DNA of 48,605 bases from Bacteroidota bacterium. Lineage in GTDB: Bacteria > Bacteroidota > Bacteroidia > Chitinophagales > Chitinophagaceae. Where the stretch lies: positions 1 through 48,605 of the forward strand of contig RDXD01000382.1 in assembly GCA_004292575.1 (NCBI GenBank). The letters are read 5' to 3'. The notes below the pieces were generated by a model that saw only the letters and a list, made by a program, of their open reading frames with translations, ran no database searches and was not told the origin of the DNA. Positions 29,110-39,681 of this stretch are shown piece by piece (within the stretch, counting starts at the first letter, position 1; each line of letters begins with the position of its first letter). Position numbers and translations under genes: made by a program.

Positions 29110-30939
29110 ATGTCAAAACAAATTCCCGGTATTTATTTAAAAATGAGTTTGAAGCTTATACTAGCTTGCTTATGCATTGGTATGGCTGTCAAGGGTTTTG
29201 CAGGGGGCACCTTCGTTGTTAAGCCTGCTGATGGCGATATGACACCGATAATTCGTGATATACTTGATAAAAGTAACGATAAGGATATTCACCTCACTTT
29301 TGAAAGTGGAACCTACAAGTTTTTACCGGATTACGCCACAGGTAAGTATCTTGAAATAACCAATCACGGAAATGGGTATAAAAAAATCATCTTCAATTTC
29401 GGCAAGTTTCGTTCGGTAATTGTTGAAGGCAATAATGCCCAATTTGTTTTCCATGGACAATGTATGCCGTTTCTGTTTGACGGTTGCAAAAGTGTAGTTG
29501 TAAAAAATCTAACAATCGACTGGGATATCCCCTTCAATTTTCTGGGCGAAGTAATGGCCGTTAATGAAAAAGAAGGCTGGCGCGACATTAAGCCCCGCAA
29601 GGAAGGCTTTTCCTGGGTTATCAAAAACGGCAAACTTGAGTTTCCTAACATTGATGGTTTCAGTTATGTAAAGCTGGGCAGCACCTTGGCATTTGATGCT
29701 GTAGAAAAGCGGCCGGCACATGGTGCATGGGATATGGAAAGTGATCCGAAGTTGGTTGAGCAATTGCCGAATGGCAACCTGCGCTTTCACGAAAAGCTTA
29801 AAAACTATCCACCAATTGGTTCATTGCTAGATTCCAAAGGCGATCGTGAACATGATCGTTACGCGCCGGCTTTTGATTTTCGAAATTCATCTGATATTGA
29901 GATAAATGGCGTCGTAATCCATCATGCCCTTGGTATGGGTTTTTTATTCGAGCGGTCTCAACAAATAAAAGTACTCAATAGTGGAATCTATCTTCGTAGC
30001 GGCTCTAATCGTGTTGTTTCTACAACAGCTGATGCTACACACTTTTGTAACTGCAAGGGCTCTATTTTAGTTGAAAACTGTAGATTTGAAAATATGCTGG
30101 ATGATGGCACAAATGTACATGGTACATACGTGGAGGTGGATGAGGTAACTGGTGAACGTTCGGTTCGGGTTAAATTTAAACATTTTGAACAGCTTGGTTT
30201 TCAGTTTGCGGCTCCATTGGATGAGGTGTGGTTTATTACCCAACCGTCGCCTGAAAGGGGACAAATTGGGGTGATTAAATCTGTAAAAAAAATAAATGAA
30301 GAATACTTGGAGCTAACTTTTACCAAAGCAATGCCAAATGGCTTAAAAAAGGGGAATGTGTTGGAAAACAAAACTTGGAACCCGGAGTTTACCATGCGTG
30401 GTTGTACCATTAGGAACCACAGGGCTAGAAACGTAGTTCTCAAAACCCCCTTAAAAACTGTAATTGAAAACAACGAGTTTTCTTCTATGATGTCGTCTGT
30501 TTTTTTAAGGGGGGAGTCGTTTTTCTGGTATGAGTCGGGTGCTGTAACAGACGTGCTTATTCGTAACAACAAGTTTAATTATTGTGCCTACGGGGGGGGA
30601 GAACATGCTGTGCTTAACATTTGGCCACGCTTGGGAAGGTCGTTTGATCAGACAGCCCTTTTTGATAGAAACATACGCTTTGAAGGAAATAGTATTCGTA
30701 CGTTTGACAATAGAATTGTGATAGCCGATAGGGTAGATGGGTTGACCATAAATGGCAATACCATCACCCAAACCAATGAGGCTTTGCAACTTTATCCCAA
30801 AGCTCCTGTGTTCGAGTTTAAAAACTGTAGTAACGTTACGGTAGGTGATAACAGTTATTCGGGAAATGCTGAAACAGCAGTAAAGGCAGATGAGAAGAGT
30901 ACAAAAACATTGGTTAAAAAGGGTAACAAAGGATTTTAG
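29110..30939 (+). CDS. GH110-like beta-helix glycoside hydrolase, paralog of 15462-17372
   Basis: ITNHGNG, TTADATHFCNCKG...FENMLDDGTNVHGTY, NHRARN, WYESGAV. Start may be the ATG at 29143. Confidence 0.88.
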   Translation: MSKQIPGIYLKMSLKLILACLCIGMAVKGFAGGTFVVKPADGDMTPIIRDILDKSNDKDIHLTFESGTYKFLPDYATGKYLEITNHGNGYKKIIFNFGKFRSVIVEGNNAQFVFHGQCMPFLFDGCKSVVVKNLTIDWDIPFNFLGEVMAVNEKEGWRDIKPRKEGFSWVIKNGKLEFPNIDGFSYVKLGSTLAFDAVEKRPAHGAWDMESDPKLVEQLPNGNLRFHEKLKNYPPIGSLLDSKGDREHDRYAPAFDFRNSSDIEINGVVIHHALGMGFLFERSQQIKVLNSGIYLRSGSNRVVSTTADATHFCNCKGSILVENCRFENMLDDGTNVHGTYVEVDEVTGERSVRVKFKHFEQLGFQFAAPLDEVWFITQPSPERGQIGVIKSVKKINEEYLELTFTKAMPNGLKKGNVLENKTWNPEFTMRGCTIRNHRARNVVLKTPLKTVIENNEFSSMMSSVFLRGESFFWYESGAVTDVLIRNNKFNYCAYGGGEHAVLNIWPRLGRSFDQTALFDRNIRFEGNSIRTFDNRIVIADRVDGLTINGNTITQTNEALQLYPKAPVFEFKNCSNVTVGDNSYSGNAETAVKADEKSTKTLVKKGNKGF

Positions 30940-30997
30940 GCAATTTACTTGAATTTAGGGTTAATATTTTTTTACATAACAATTAAATTTTCAGATT

Positions 30998-32263
30998 ATG
31001 AAACATGTTTGCATGGTGTTTTTTTCTTTTATCGTTTTGGGAACATCCCTAAAAGCTCAGCTGTCTTTGCCAATCTATGAGCCTTTTTCATCGACGCCTT
31101 TAGGCACATTGGCGCCACAGAATACTTGGACGGGGCCTACTGCCGCGGGATTGGGCGCTCAAGTGGTAGATAGCGCACTTACGTATCCCGGTTTGTTTTC
31201 AGTACCATCATCCTATGCGCTTAGGGTTGGCAATCAGCCAAGTGGTGCTATTCAGCAATTGATTTTTACGGGGCAAACCAGTAAAACTTACGCATCTTTC
31301 CTAATTAGAATAGGCGTATATCCGCCTGCGGTTGGCAATGCTACTTATTATTTTACCTTTGGTAATGTTAGTACAGCATCTGGTTGCATGTATGTAATTC
31401 CGAACGCCGATGGCACAACATTTGAATTAGGATTTAATGGTGCCGCTACTGTGCCGACTCCCGCAAATACAACTAACCAGCGGTTTACGCTGGGTGCCAC
31501 TATTATGGTGGTAATGGCATATACCCCAGGCGCAACTGGCGCGGGCACGGTATCTGCGTGGGTTAATCCTGCTTCGGCCAATCTTGGTGCAGCCGCCACA
31601 GAGCCCACACCTACTTTTGCCGACATTGCTGGTGGTACGGTAGCCAATTTAACCAATATATTTGTGCGTAGTGGCTCTAATACCCGACCCATGATTATTG
31701 ACGAAATAAGGATTGCCAAAACCTGGGGTACTGTAACCTCATCAGTTACGGTGTTGCCTGTTTCTATTACCGATCTTAAGCTTTCCACCAAAGAAAATGT
31801 AAGTACACTTAGTTGGAATTCTGCCTCGGAAAGTAATTTTGATAAATATGTAGTGTTATACAGTACCAACGGTGCCGATTTTAAAGAGGTTGGTTCTGTT
31901 AAGGGTACTGGAAGCAACTCTAACTACGCGTTCAACTACACCCATAGTGGCCAAGCTTATTTTAAGCTGAAGCTCGTTGACAAAGATGGCAGTTTTGTGT
32001 ACAGTAAGATACTGCAAACAAACGGAAGAACCTTGTCTATAACGGTAGGTCCAAACCCAGTTGCAGATCGCCTTTTGGTGTCTGGTTTGCCCGATGGAAC
32101 CAATACTGCCATTCTCTACACCTTATCCGGCGTTACTCTGCAGGCGCAAACCGTAAAAGGAGCTAATTTAACCATGTTGTTGTCAGCATACCCGGCCGGC
32201 ACCTATTTGTTAAAAATTTCGAATAATGGTGTACATGTGCACACGGCAACTATTGTCAAATAA
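30998..32263 (+). CDS. T9SS type A sorting-domain protein with an uncharacterised N-terminal beta-rich domain
   Basis: Signal peptide; VLPVSITDL linker, LSWNSASESN...YFKLKLVDKDGSFVYSK Ig-like module, GPNPV...PAGTYLLK CTD. Confidence 0.87.
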   Translation: MKHVCMVFFSFIVLGTSLKAQLSLPIYEPFSSTPLGTLAPQNTWTGPTAAGLGAQVVDSALTYPGLFSVPSSYALRVGNQPSGAIQQLIFTGQTSKTYASFLIRIGVYPPAVGNATYYFTFGNVSTASGCMYVIPNADGTTFELGFNGAATVPTPANTTNQRFTLGATIMVVMAYTPGATGAGTVSAWVNPASANLGAAATEPTPTFADIAGGTVANLTNIFVRSGSNTRPMIIDEIRIAKTWGTVTSSVTVLPVSITDLKLSTKENVSTLSWNSASESNFDKYVVLYSTNGADFKEVGSVKGTGSNSNYAFNYTHSGQAYFKLKLVDKDGSFVYSKILQTNGRTLSITVGPNPVADRLLVSGLPDGTNTAILYTLSGVTLQAQTVKGANLTMLLSAYPAGTYLLKISNNGVHVHTATIVK

Positions 32264-32306
32264 TTGACCTGTATTTTTTGTCTTGAATATTTAGTTTTAG
32301 TTAACA

Positions 32307-32345
32307 GTACTCGGGTGTTTGAAGCTGTTTCAAACATCTGAGTAC
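32307..32345 (+). terminator. Long intergenic hairpin (terminator or mRNA-stabilising stem)
   Basis: 17-bp stem GTACTCGGGTGTTTGAA / TTCAAACATCTGAGTAC with G-T pairs and a 5-nt loop; no strong T run directly after. Confidence 0.55.
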
Positions 32346-32467
32346 CATTAGCTATTTTGTTTATAACCGGTTATTGTGCTGAGCTTTCTAACCATATTTA
32401 CAAATTAGATGTTGTGCTGGGCCGCATTCACGTTTTCTCATTTTTACTTGGGTCTTAAATAGTTTAT

Positions 32468-35066
32468 ATGAAAATTACTTTGGCGTTGTTCTGTTTGTTT
32501 TTGTTGCAGTCGCTTGCGGGTAACTGTGCCATAGATGAATATGAAGATTTTGGCTACAGTACCATTTTGGTAAGAACATACGGCGCAATTCCAGACGACG
32601 GTATAGACGACACCCAGCCCATTAGAAATGCCATTAATGCTGCCATTGCATCTAATACGCCTCAGATTGTACTATTTGAATCGGGGAGATACGATTTAAT
32701 AACAGCGGGAGCTAGCAATATTTATGTTAGAATTCTCAATGCCAATAATATTATACTTCGTGGCGCCACTATAGGCAATCAGCCATCAACCAGACTTGTG
32801 CGGTTTAATAGCGGTGTTGAAAACGCTGTGTTGCCGATGTTGTTACAAATTAGATTTTCCAAAAATATTGACATCGAAAACCTGGTTTTTGATAACGATC
32901 CGTATTATTATACCGCTGGTATTGTAACCGCAAAAACCGGCAATAATGTAACCGTCGATATTTTACCAGGACACCCCATGAATATTGTAAAACCATACAT
33001 TATGGGTGTTTACGATAAACTTAGTGAAAGAAACAAAACTTTAAGGGTAACCTGGGATACGGGTTTGCCTACTTGGGCGCCCGTTTCAGGGGGATCTGGA
33101 AGATTAATGCGGCTGGATTTTAAAGCACTTGCAGACACCGTTGCTGTTGGTGATCATGTGTTTTGGTTTCAGGGTAACCATGGAGGTTTGCAATGTGTTA
33201 CCGGCAAATCAGAAAACGTAAACTTCAAAAACGTTATTACCCACAATTCTACAGGCTTTGTTTACCATTTTGTCGATAACAAAGACATTACGCTTACCAA
33301 AGTTAAAATTGAGCCTCCTGGAAACAGAGTTGCAGTATCGCCACGCGATGGCATACATATAGCCCATTGTAGAGGGTTTATTCTATTGGATAGTGTAGTG
33401 GTGAGAAATACCCCAGGTGATGATGGCTTAAACGTACACGGCTTGTACTTGTCTGTGGGTTGCCGATTTAAAACCCGACAGCCGCATTCAGTTTTTAGAT
33501 GCAAATTTTCAGCCCGTATGGACGGGAACCATTGAGAGCAGCGACCCGGCGGTAGTCAATAACAGTCCCGTAACTGTTGTACTTAAAGAAACGCCGCCGA
33601 GTTGGATTGTAGCTGGTACAATAGCAAGTCCACTCGGTTGGGTGCCAAAGGCATTTATTGTTAAAAACTCTATTTTTGAAAATACCGGAAGATTTGGCAT
33701 CACTGCTAAAACCAGTAACGTAGTAATTGATTCAAGCACTTTTAGATTCAATGGTCTTGCTGGAGTTGCTTTAGGGGCGTCTTTTAATCCTTTTTTTCAG
33801 GAGGCACAGCCGGCATGGAATGTGGTGCTAAAAAATAACGCTTTTGAAAACAACATTAGAAGAATGAGTGACAATACGCCTGGTGGAGTTGTGGTTGATC
33901 ACATCTCCGTTGACGTCCCAAATATTAATGGCAACTTGTATTTGTTTAATAACACTTTCAAAGATGAGCTCTATGCTTATAATTTGAGGGATGCAATGAA
34001 TATTAGATTGTGGGCTAATGTGTACACTAATGTTACAACCCCAATATGGAGAAACACACCAACAACCTCTAATTTTACACAAGGTGTGGTTTTTAACGAC
34101 TATGTTACCGACGATTTATCAAGACTTGCCATACATTATAGCGAAACCTGGCCTACCTCGAGCAATGTATTGGATAGTATGGGTACCATAACCTGGAACA
34201 ACACGCCTGGCTCATTTGCCGAGTTTCATTTTGTGGGTAATCACATTTCTTATTTTGCACGCAGGGGCTCCCAAATGGGTATTGTTGACGTATATTTAGA
34301 TGATGTGCTGGTGTTGAATGATTTTGACCTGTATTCTAATGCCACACAAGCCAAATCTTTAATATACACAAACAATAACTTGGTAAACACTGTGCATACT
34401 TTGAGAATTGTGAATACGGGTTTAAGAAACGTAAACGCAACCCAGGGCTATGTGAACATTGACTTTTTGGTTCACAGGCTGGGAAACTACATAGTTAGTC
34501 CCCCGCCTGTGGGTGGGGTATTGCCGGTTCAATTGTTAGGCTTCGAAGGTAAAGCAGTGCAGAAGAAAATTGAGTTGAACTGGAAAACCACAAATGAAGT
34601 AAACAGCAGTCACTTCGAAATGCTTAAGCTTAATGTGAACGCTGAGTTTAAATCTATTGGCAGGGTAAATTCCAAGAATGTTTACTCAAGCCACAATAGC
34701 TACTTTTTTCCCGACGAAAAGCCCCATGTAGGCACCAATTATTACCAGCTAAAGCAATATGATTTTGACGGCAAATCAACGCTATCAAAAGTCATAGCGG
34801 TTAAGTTTGGCGCCACCTCCACATTTTCTATTTTCCCTAATCCAATTAAACGAGATGAATCTATCACAGTTCGGTTTACAAATACGGAGGACAACGTATT
34901 TGTACAGTTGTTAGACATTAATCAAAGAATTGTGAGGCAGAAGACATTTAGCGGTCCCCAGCAAAATATTGAAGTGTCAACACAGGCTTTACAACCTGGC
35001 ATGTATGTTTTAAAAATCCAAAGTAAAGCGGGCACGTATTCTAGCAAAGTTGTAATTACGCCCTAA
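32468..35066 (+). pseudogene. Frameshifted T9SS-secreted GH110-like beta-helix protein (ORFs 32468-33535 and 33642-35066 are one gene)
   Basis: 5' part has a signal peptide, YGAIPDDGIDDT and RDGIH...GDDGLNVHG. The 3' frame is open from before 33462 (ADLKPDSRIQF...) through more beta-helix, a galactose-binding-like domain and a T9SS CTD. Frame changes at ~33456-33461. Confidence 0.85.
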
Positions 35067-35210
35067 AAGCAAACCAGGCACTGCTAAGCTCTTTTTTTCC
35101 GCATGCCGCAAGGCTTGTCGGTGATAATGGGTTTTAGTATTGACCTTGAAGGCTAAGGTTTGCCGTGTGGTTGTTTGCCTTAAAACTTGATTTTGCCGCT
35201 GGCAACCGTG

Positions 35211-38200
35211 TCAATGTTTTGCCTTAAGATATTCCGAAGGGGTGTTCCCGTTTACTTTTTTAAAGAGCTTGTTGAAATATGAATGACTGGTAATGCCAAC
35301 CGCATCCATGGCTTCGTTTACACGATCGCATCCATTGTCGAACATCTTGGTTGCATAGTCAATTTTTATGATGTTTATAAACTCGGTGGCCGAACAACCG
35401 GTTAATGACTTTAGCTTACGGTGTAACTGCATTCTGCTAAATCCTACCGCTTTAGCAAAATCTTCCACCGAGTAGTCTCCATTGCTAATATTGTTTTGAA
35501 TCACCTTTACGGCATTGGATATTAGTTTTTGGTCGAACGGGGTGTAGTGCTTTTTGATATCCATGTTGAGGTTTAAACCTGCAATTGAGTTTCTAAAGCT
35601 TTTGCGAGATTCGATGATATTATCTATTTTTTTAAATAGCGATTGGGTGTTAAATGGTTTTGCGATATAGTCAAATGCGCCAGCTTCCAAACCTTCATTT
35701 TCTTGTTCTTGTGCTGTTTTGGCTGTCAAAATCAGAATGGGGATATGCGATGTTTCCTCATTTGCTTTTAGCCTCTTGCACATCTCAATACCATTCATTA
35801 CTGGCATCATTACATCGGTGATGATGATATCGGGCATTTTTTCAACGGCTTGTCTCAATCCCTCGCTTCCATCATGGGCCTCAATTACTACATATTTTGA
35901 GTTCAGGGTATTTTTTAAATATGCCCTTAAATCATGGTCATCCTCCACAATAAGAATGGTTTCGTGTTCATCATCCAGTTTGTGTTGGCGTTCGTCAGTT
36001 TCTTGAAGAATTCCCACTAGTCCTGTTTGGTTTTCAATAACAGTAGAGCATTCAAAATCGCGATATTCATTTTCCGAAACGGGAATGGATACAATAAACT
36101 CAGCGCCGCCATAAGCACTGTTTGCAACCGTTAGCGTCCCTCTGTGTGCAGTAAGCAAGCTATGGCTTAGGTGAAGGCCTATGCCTGAGGAGGAGCGTTG
36201 GTTGCCATGGAAATAGCGATCGAAAATTTTGCTCTTTTGGTCGTCAGGAATTCCATTTCCGCTGTCTCGTACTATTATATTGGCAATCTGTTTATCATTA
36301 TTCCATATTGGCTTCACTTCAATTTCTACAGTGCCGTGAGCCGGTGTATTTTTAAAAGCATTTGAAAGTAGATTGTAAACTACTTTTTCAATGAGGTCTC
36401 TGTCAAAAAAACATTGAAAGGCGTCGCGAGTAATTACTTTAAATGTAATGTCTTCGTTTTTTGCTTGCCACAAAAACGCTTTTGTAACCGTCGTTATAAA
36501 TTCAGATAAATCGCTTTTTGAGACCTTTAGAATATTCTGATTATCATTTAGTTTGCTAAAATCTAACAATTGACTCACGAGGAACATCATTCTTTTGGTG
36601 TTGCGAGAGATTATTTTGAAACAAAACGAACGGTGTTCGTCGGTTATGCTTTCGTGATTTAAATCGTTTATTGGGCCAACAATTAGCGATAGTGGCGTTT
36701 TAAATTCATGAGCCACATCTGTAAAAAACATGAGTTTGAGGTCGTTTATTTCTTTGTCCCTATTGTATTGTATGTTTTTGAGCGCTATTTCGTGCTTTAG
36801 TTTTTGCCTGTTGTTGCGCAAGTACATAAAACCAAAAATTATACCGCCTCCAACAATGCAGTATGCAAAATATGCCCATATAGACAACCATGGAGCAGGT
36901 AGAATTTTTACGACAATTGTCTTTGGCTGGTCGCTCCATACGCCATCGCTATTGGCAGCGTCGGCCCAAAATGTGTATTGACCGGGATTAAGGTTTGAAT
37001 AACTGGCAAAACAATTTTTGCCCTTTTTATATATCCAGCCGGTATCATTGCCCTCAAGTTTATACCGAAACTGATTTTCAGTGTTGTTGTTATAGGTTGT
37101 GCCTGTAAATTCAAAGAGAAAATTATTTTGTCGATGCGTTAGCGTTAGTGCTTGAATGTTGTTGATAGATTTTTCTAATACAATGTTGCCGAAGTAGCTT
37201 ATAGTTGGTGAAATGCTGGTATTGTGAATTTTGAAATCAGAAATAGCGATAGTGGATTTATAGGGGCTGTTTTTAATTTGCTGTGGGTTGAAATAGTCAA
37301 TACCGTGTATGCTACCAAAGTAGAGTGTGCCATCTTTGCCCTTGCCAACAGCTTCTGTAAATGTGCTGGATTGTAGTCCGTCGGTGTATGAGTATCGGCG
37401 TACTGTCTGTTTTAGTGTATTAAACCGGATAAGCCCTTGGGAATTAGTTAGCCATAGATTACCATTATCGTCTTCTAAAATACCCATAATTTTTTTGTCA
37501 ACTATTTCTTCGGTTTTAAGCTGCACTATTTTAGGGGATGTTTTTTCCTTTTTAAGCAGCCCTGCATCGGTTCCAATCCAAAGATTTCCGCTTTTGTCTC
37601 TGTAGAAACACCAAATGGTGTTGTCCGCAATTTGATAGTTTGCTTTCATACTTTTGTTATAAACCTCCAGTGAAAGAAAGCTCCCTGTTTTGGTCAAATT
37701 TAGTTTATAGAGTCCATTGCTTATGGTACCTATCCAAATGCAGTTCTCGTCTTTGTCATACAACAAGCTGTAAATTCGTTTTCCTCTTAGTTCTTCGGCT
37801 TGTTGATAGAGGTAGTGTATCCAATCTGTTGTGCTTTCATTCTTTACAATTAGCCCAGAAAATGTGCCAAAGTATGTAGTCCCGTTTTCATCGGTACATA
37901 CTGCATGTACCTGATTTGCAAGAGCCTTGTCTTGGCGCGGCGTAATGCCTAGCGGTGAAAAAACGGTACTTTCTTTTACATTGGCATACAAACCTTTATT
38001 GGTTCCCAGATAGATGGTGCCGCCTGTTTTTTGAATACAAATTGGATTTAAGTATTCATTTTTAATTAATTCTTCCGACTTTTTAGTTGATATGGATTGC
38101 CTGAAAAAGCCTCGGTTTTGTACTCCAAAATATAGATATTCACCATCAATTAATAGCGTGCTGATGTGTGGTGTTTTGCTGATGTTTGCAATGCCATCGA

Positions 38201-39191
38201 ATGATATATTCTTGAACGCCCTTGGAGAAAGATGGGTAAAACAAAGGCCCTGACTGTTTCCAATCCACAAGTTATTGTCTTTGTCGCAATATAGACTTAA
38301 TATCGTGTTGCTCAGCAAGCCTCTATTCTCCAGTGCATTGTATTTTATATTTTGAATAATGGTTTGGTTGGATGGGGAAACGTTGAATAGTCCATCATTT
38401 TGTGACCCAACCCAGATGGTGCCATCCTTCGATTGACACAATGCGCCGTTTTTGAGCAATGGCAACAATGCAAAATCGTCGATTGTGTATGAAGATTGAT
38501 TTTTTTTAATCACTTTCAGCTTCCCGTTCATAATGCTCCAAAGACTACCGTTGCTGTCAAAAATTAATTTAGCACAATACAGATTTTCGGTACCGGGGAT
38601 TTGTTTGCAAGTATTGTTTTCTAGATGCCATATACCTTGGTTTGTTGAAAAGAATATGTTATTGCCGTTGGCAATTGCAATGTCGGTTATCCTTAGTCCC
38701 GTAATGGGCAGTTGTAAAATATCTACAGTAATAATGTCATTTTTTATGGTTTTTAGAATGCCTCTAGAAGTAGCAAAGTAGATTTCGCCTTTACTGGTTT
38801 CAGCTATGTCTGTTATTTTATCAAAGCCCTTTGGCGTTTCTACTCTAACAAACTTTTGGGTAATAAGTGAGTAGTAGGTTAATCCACTTCCGTCGGTGCC
38901 AATCCAAATTCTTTGTTTTGAATCTTCAAAAAGACATAAAATACGATTACTTGAAAGGCTTTCTGTATCTGCGCTTTTGTGAGAAAAGTTCAAGACCTTC
39001 GATCCATCATAGCGGTTTAGGCCATCATAGGTGCCAATCCAAATAAATCCGTAGCTATCCTGCAATACACAACTTACGTCGTGTTGCGACAGGCCATCGT
39101 TTACCGTTAGCGATTGAAAGTATAGCGTTTGGCTATAGGCGTTTAGGCAAAATAGGGTTATGATAAATGATGCTAATTTCTTATGGCGCAT
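35211..39191 (-). CDS. Hybrid two-component system sensor kinase/response regulator (HTCS)
   Basis: Reg_prop repeats (DSYGFIWIGTYDGLNRYDG), Y_Y_Y domain, TM, H-box DVAHEFKTPL, NLLSNAFK, receiver ILIVEDD...PDIIITDVMMP, C-terminal AraC HTH. ATG at 39191 (MRHKK). Confidence 0.96.
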   Translation of the reverse strand: MRHKKLASFIITLFCLNAYSQTLYFQSLTVNDGLSQHDVSCVLQDSYGFIWIGTYDGLNRYDGSKVLNFSHKSADTESLSSNRILCLFEDSKQRIWIGTDGSGLTYYSLITQKFVRVETPKGFDKITDIAETSKGEIYFATSRGILKTIKNDIITVDILQLPITGLRITDIAIANGNNIFFSTNQGIWHLENNTCKQIPGTENLYCAKLIFDSNGSLWSIMNGKLKVIKKNQSSYTIDDFALLPLLKNGALCQSKDGTIWVGSQNDGLFNVSPSNQTIIQNIKYNALENRGLLSNTILSLYCDKDNNLWIGNSQGLCFTHLSPRAFKNISFDGIANISKTPHISTLLIDGEYLYFGVQNRGFFRQSISTKKSEELIKNEYLNPICIQKTGGTIYLGTNKGLYANVKESTVFSPLGITPRQDKALANQVHAVCTDENGTTYFGTFSGLIVKNESTTDWIHYLYQQAEELRGKRIYSLLYDKDENCIWIGTISNGLYKLNLTKTGSFLSLEVYNKSMKANYQIADNTIWCFYRDKSGNLWIGTDAGLLKKEKTSPKIVQLKTEEIVDKKIMGILEDDNGNLWLTNSQGLIRFNTLKQTVRRYSYTDGLQSSTFTEAVGKGKDGTLYFGSIHGIDYFNPQQIKNSPYKSTIAISDFKIHNTSISPTISYFGNIVLEKSINNIQALTLTHRQNNFLFEFTGTTYNNNTENQFRYKLEGNDTGWIYKKGKNCFASYSNLNPGQYTFWADAANSDGVWSDQPKTIVVKILPAPWLSIWAYFAYCIVGGGIIFGFMYLRNNRQKLKHEIALKNIQYNRDKEINDLKLMFFTDVAHEFKTPLSLIVGPINDLNHESITDEHRSFCFKIISRNTKRMMFLVSQLLDFSKLNDNQNILKVSKSDLSEFITTVTKAFLWQAKNEDITFKVITRDAFQCFFDRDLIEKVVYNLLSNAFKNTPAHGTVEIEVKPIWNNDKQIANIIVRDSGNGIPDDQKSKIFDRYFHGNQRSSSGIGLHLSHSLLTAHRGTLTVANSAYGGAEFIVSIPVSENEYRDFECSTVIENQTGLVGILQETDERQHKLDDEHETILIVEDDHDLRAYLKNTLNSKYVVIEAHDGSEGLRQAVEKMPDIIITDVMMPVMNGIEMCKRLKANEETSHIPILILTAKTAQEQENEGLEAGAFDYIAKPFNTQSLFKKIDNIIESRKSFRNSIAGLNLNMDIKKHYTPFDQKLISNAVKVIQNNISNGDYSVEDFAKAVGFSRMQLHRKLKSLTGCSATEFINIIKIDYATKMFDNGCDRVNEAMDAVGITSHSYFNKLFKKVNGNTPSEYLKAKH

Positions 39192-39681
39192 TTTCGAAAA
39201 AATATGTTTTGGCCAAGGGCTATTTGGCAGTCGAAGATTATTTAACAAGCTCGAAGCAATCGAAACAGAGCTACTACTGTTGACAAATGTAAATATATCC
39301 CATTTATACAAGCGTTTTTGGAAGGTACGCTTCCAACGCCCTTGTGTATGGTAGATGAGTTGCTAACCAAAGCCTAGCCAATGGCCAGCTTTATATGAGA
39401 AAGTGATATGTGCAGACCTACGATGTGTTGGCATTGATGGGTTCAATTTCAGTTAATGCCTGCTGGATGCGGTACTGTTTGGTTGGGCAGGCTTTTGTTG
39501 GTATTGGGGTTGTTTTGCTTTTTTCCGTTTGCGGTGTGCAAGTTATAAGTGCAGCATGGTGGCAATAGAAGGGCACAAAAGGTCCTCTTAAGATATTTAG
39601 CGATAGTGCTGTACAGAGTAGTATGTACAAACAACATACAAATGCCAAAATACTTGTCATAAACTGCTTCATATTTGCACC

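Larger units (their letters stand above)
15462..39191. other. Polysaccharide utilization locus for a sulfated glycan
   Basis: Co-oriented GH110-like, susC, susD, three sulfatases, more beta-helix and T9SS genes, plus a convergent HTCS; visibly AT-richer than the flanks. Confidence 0.92.
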
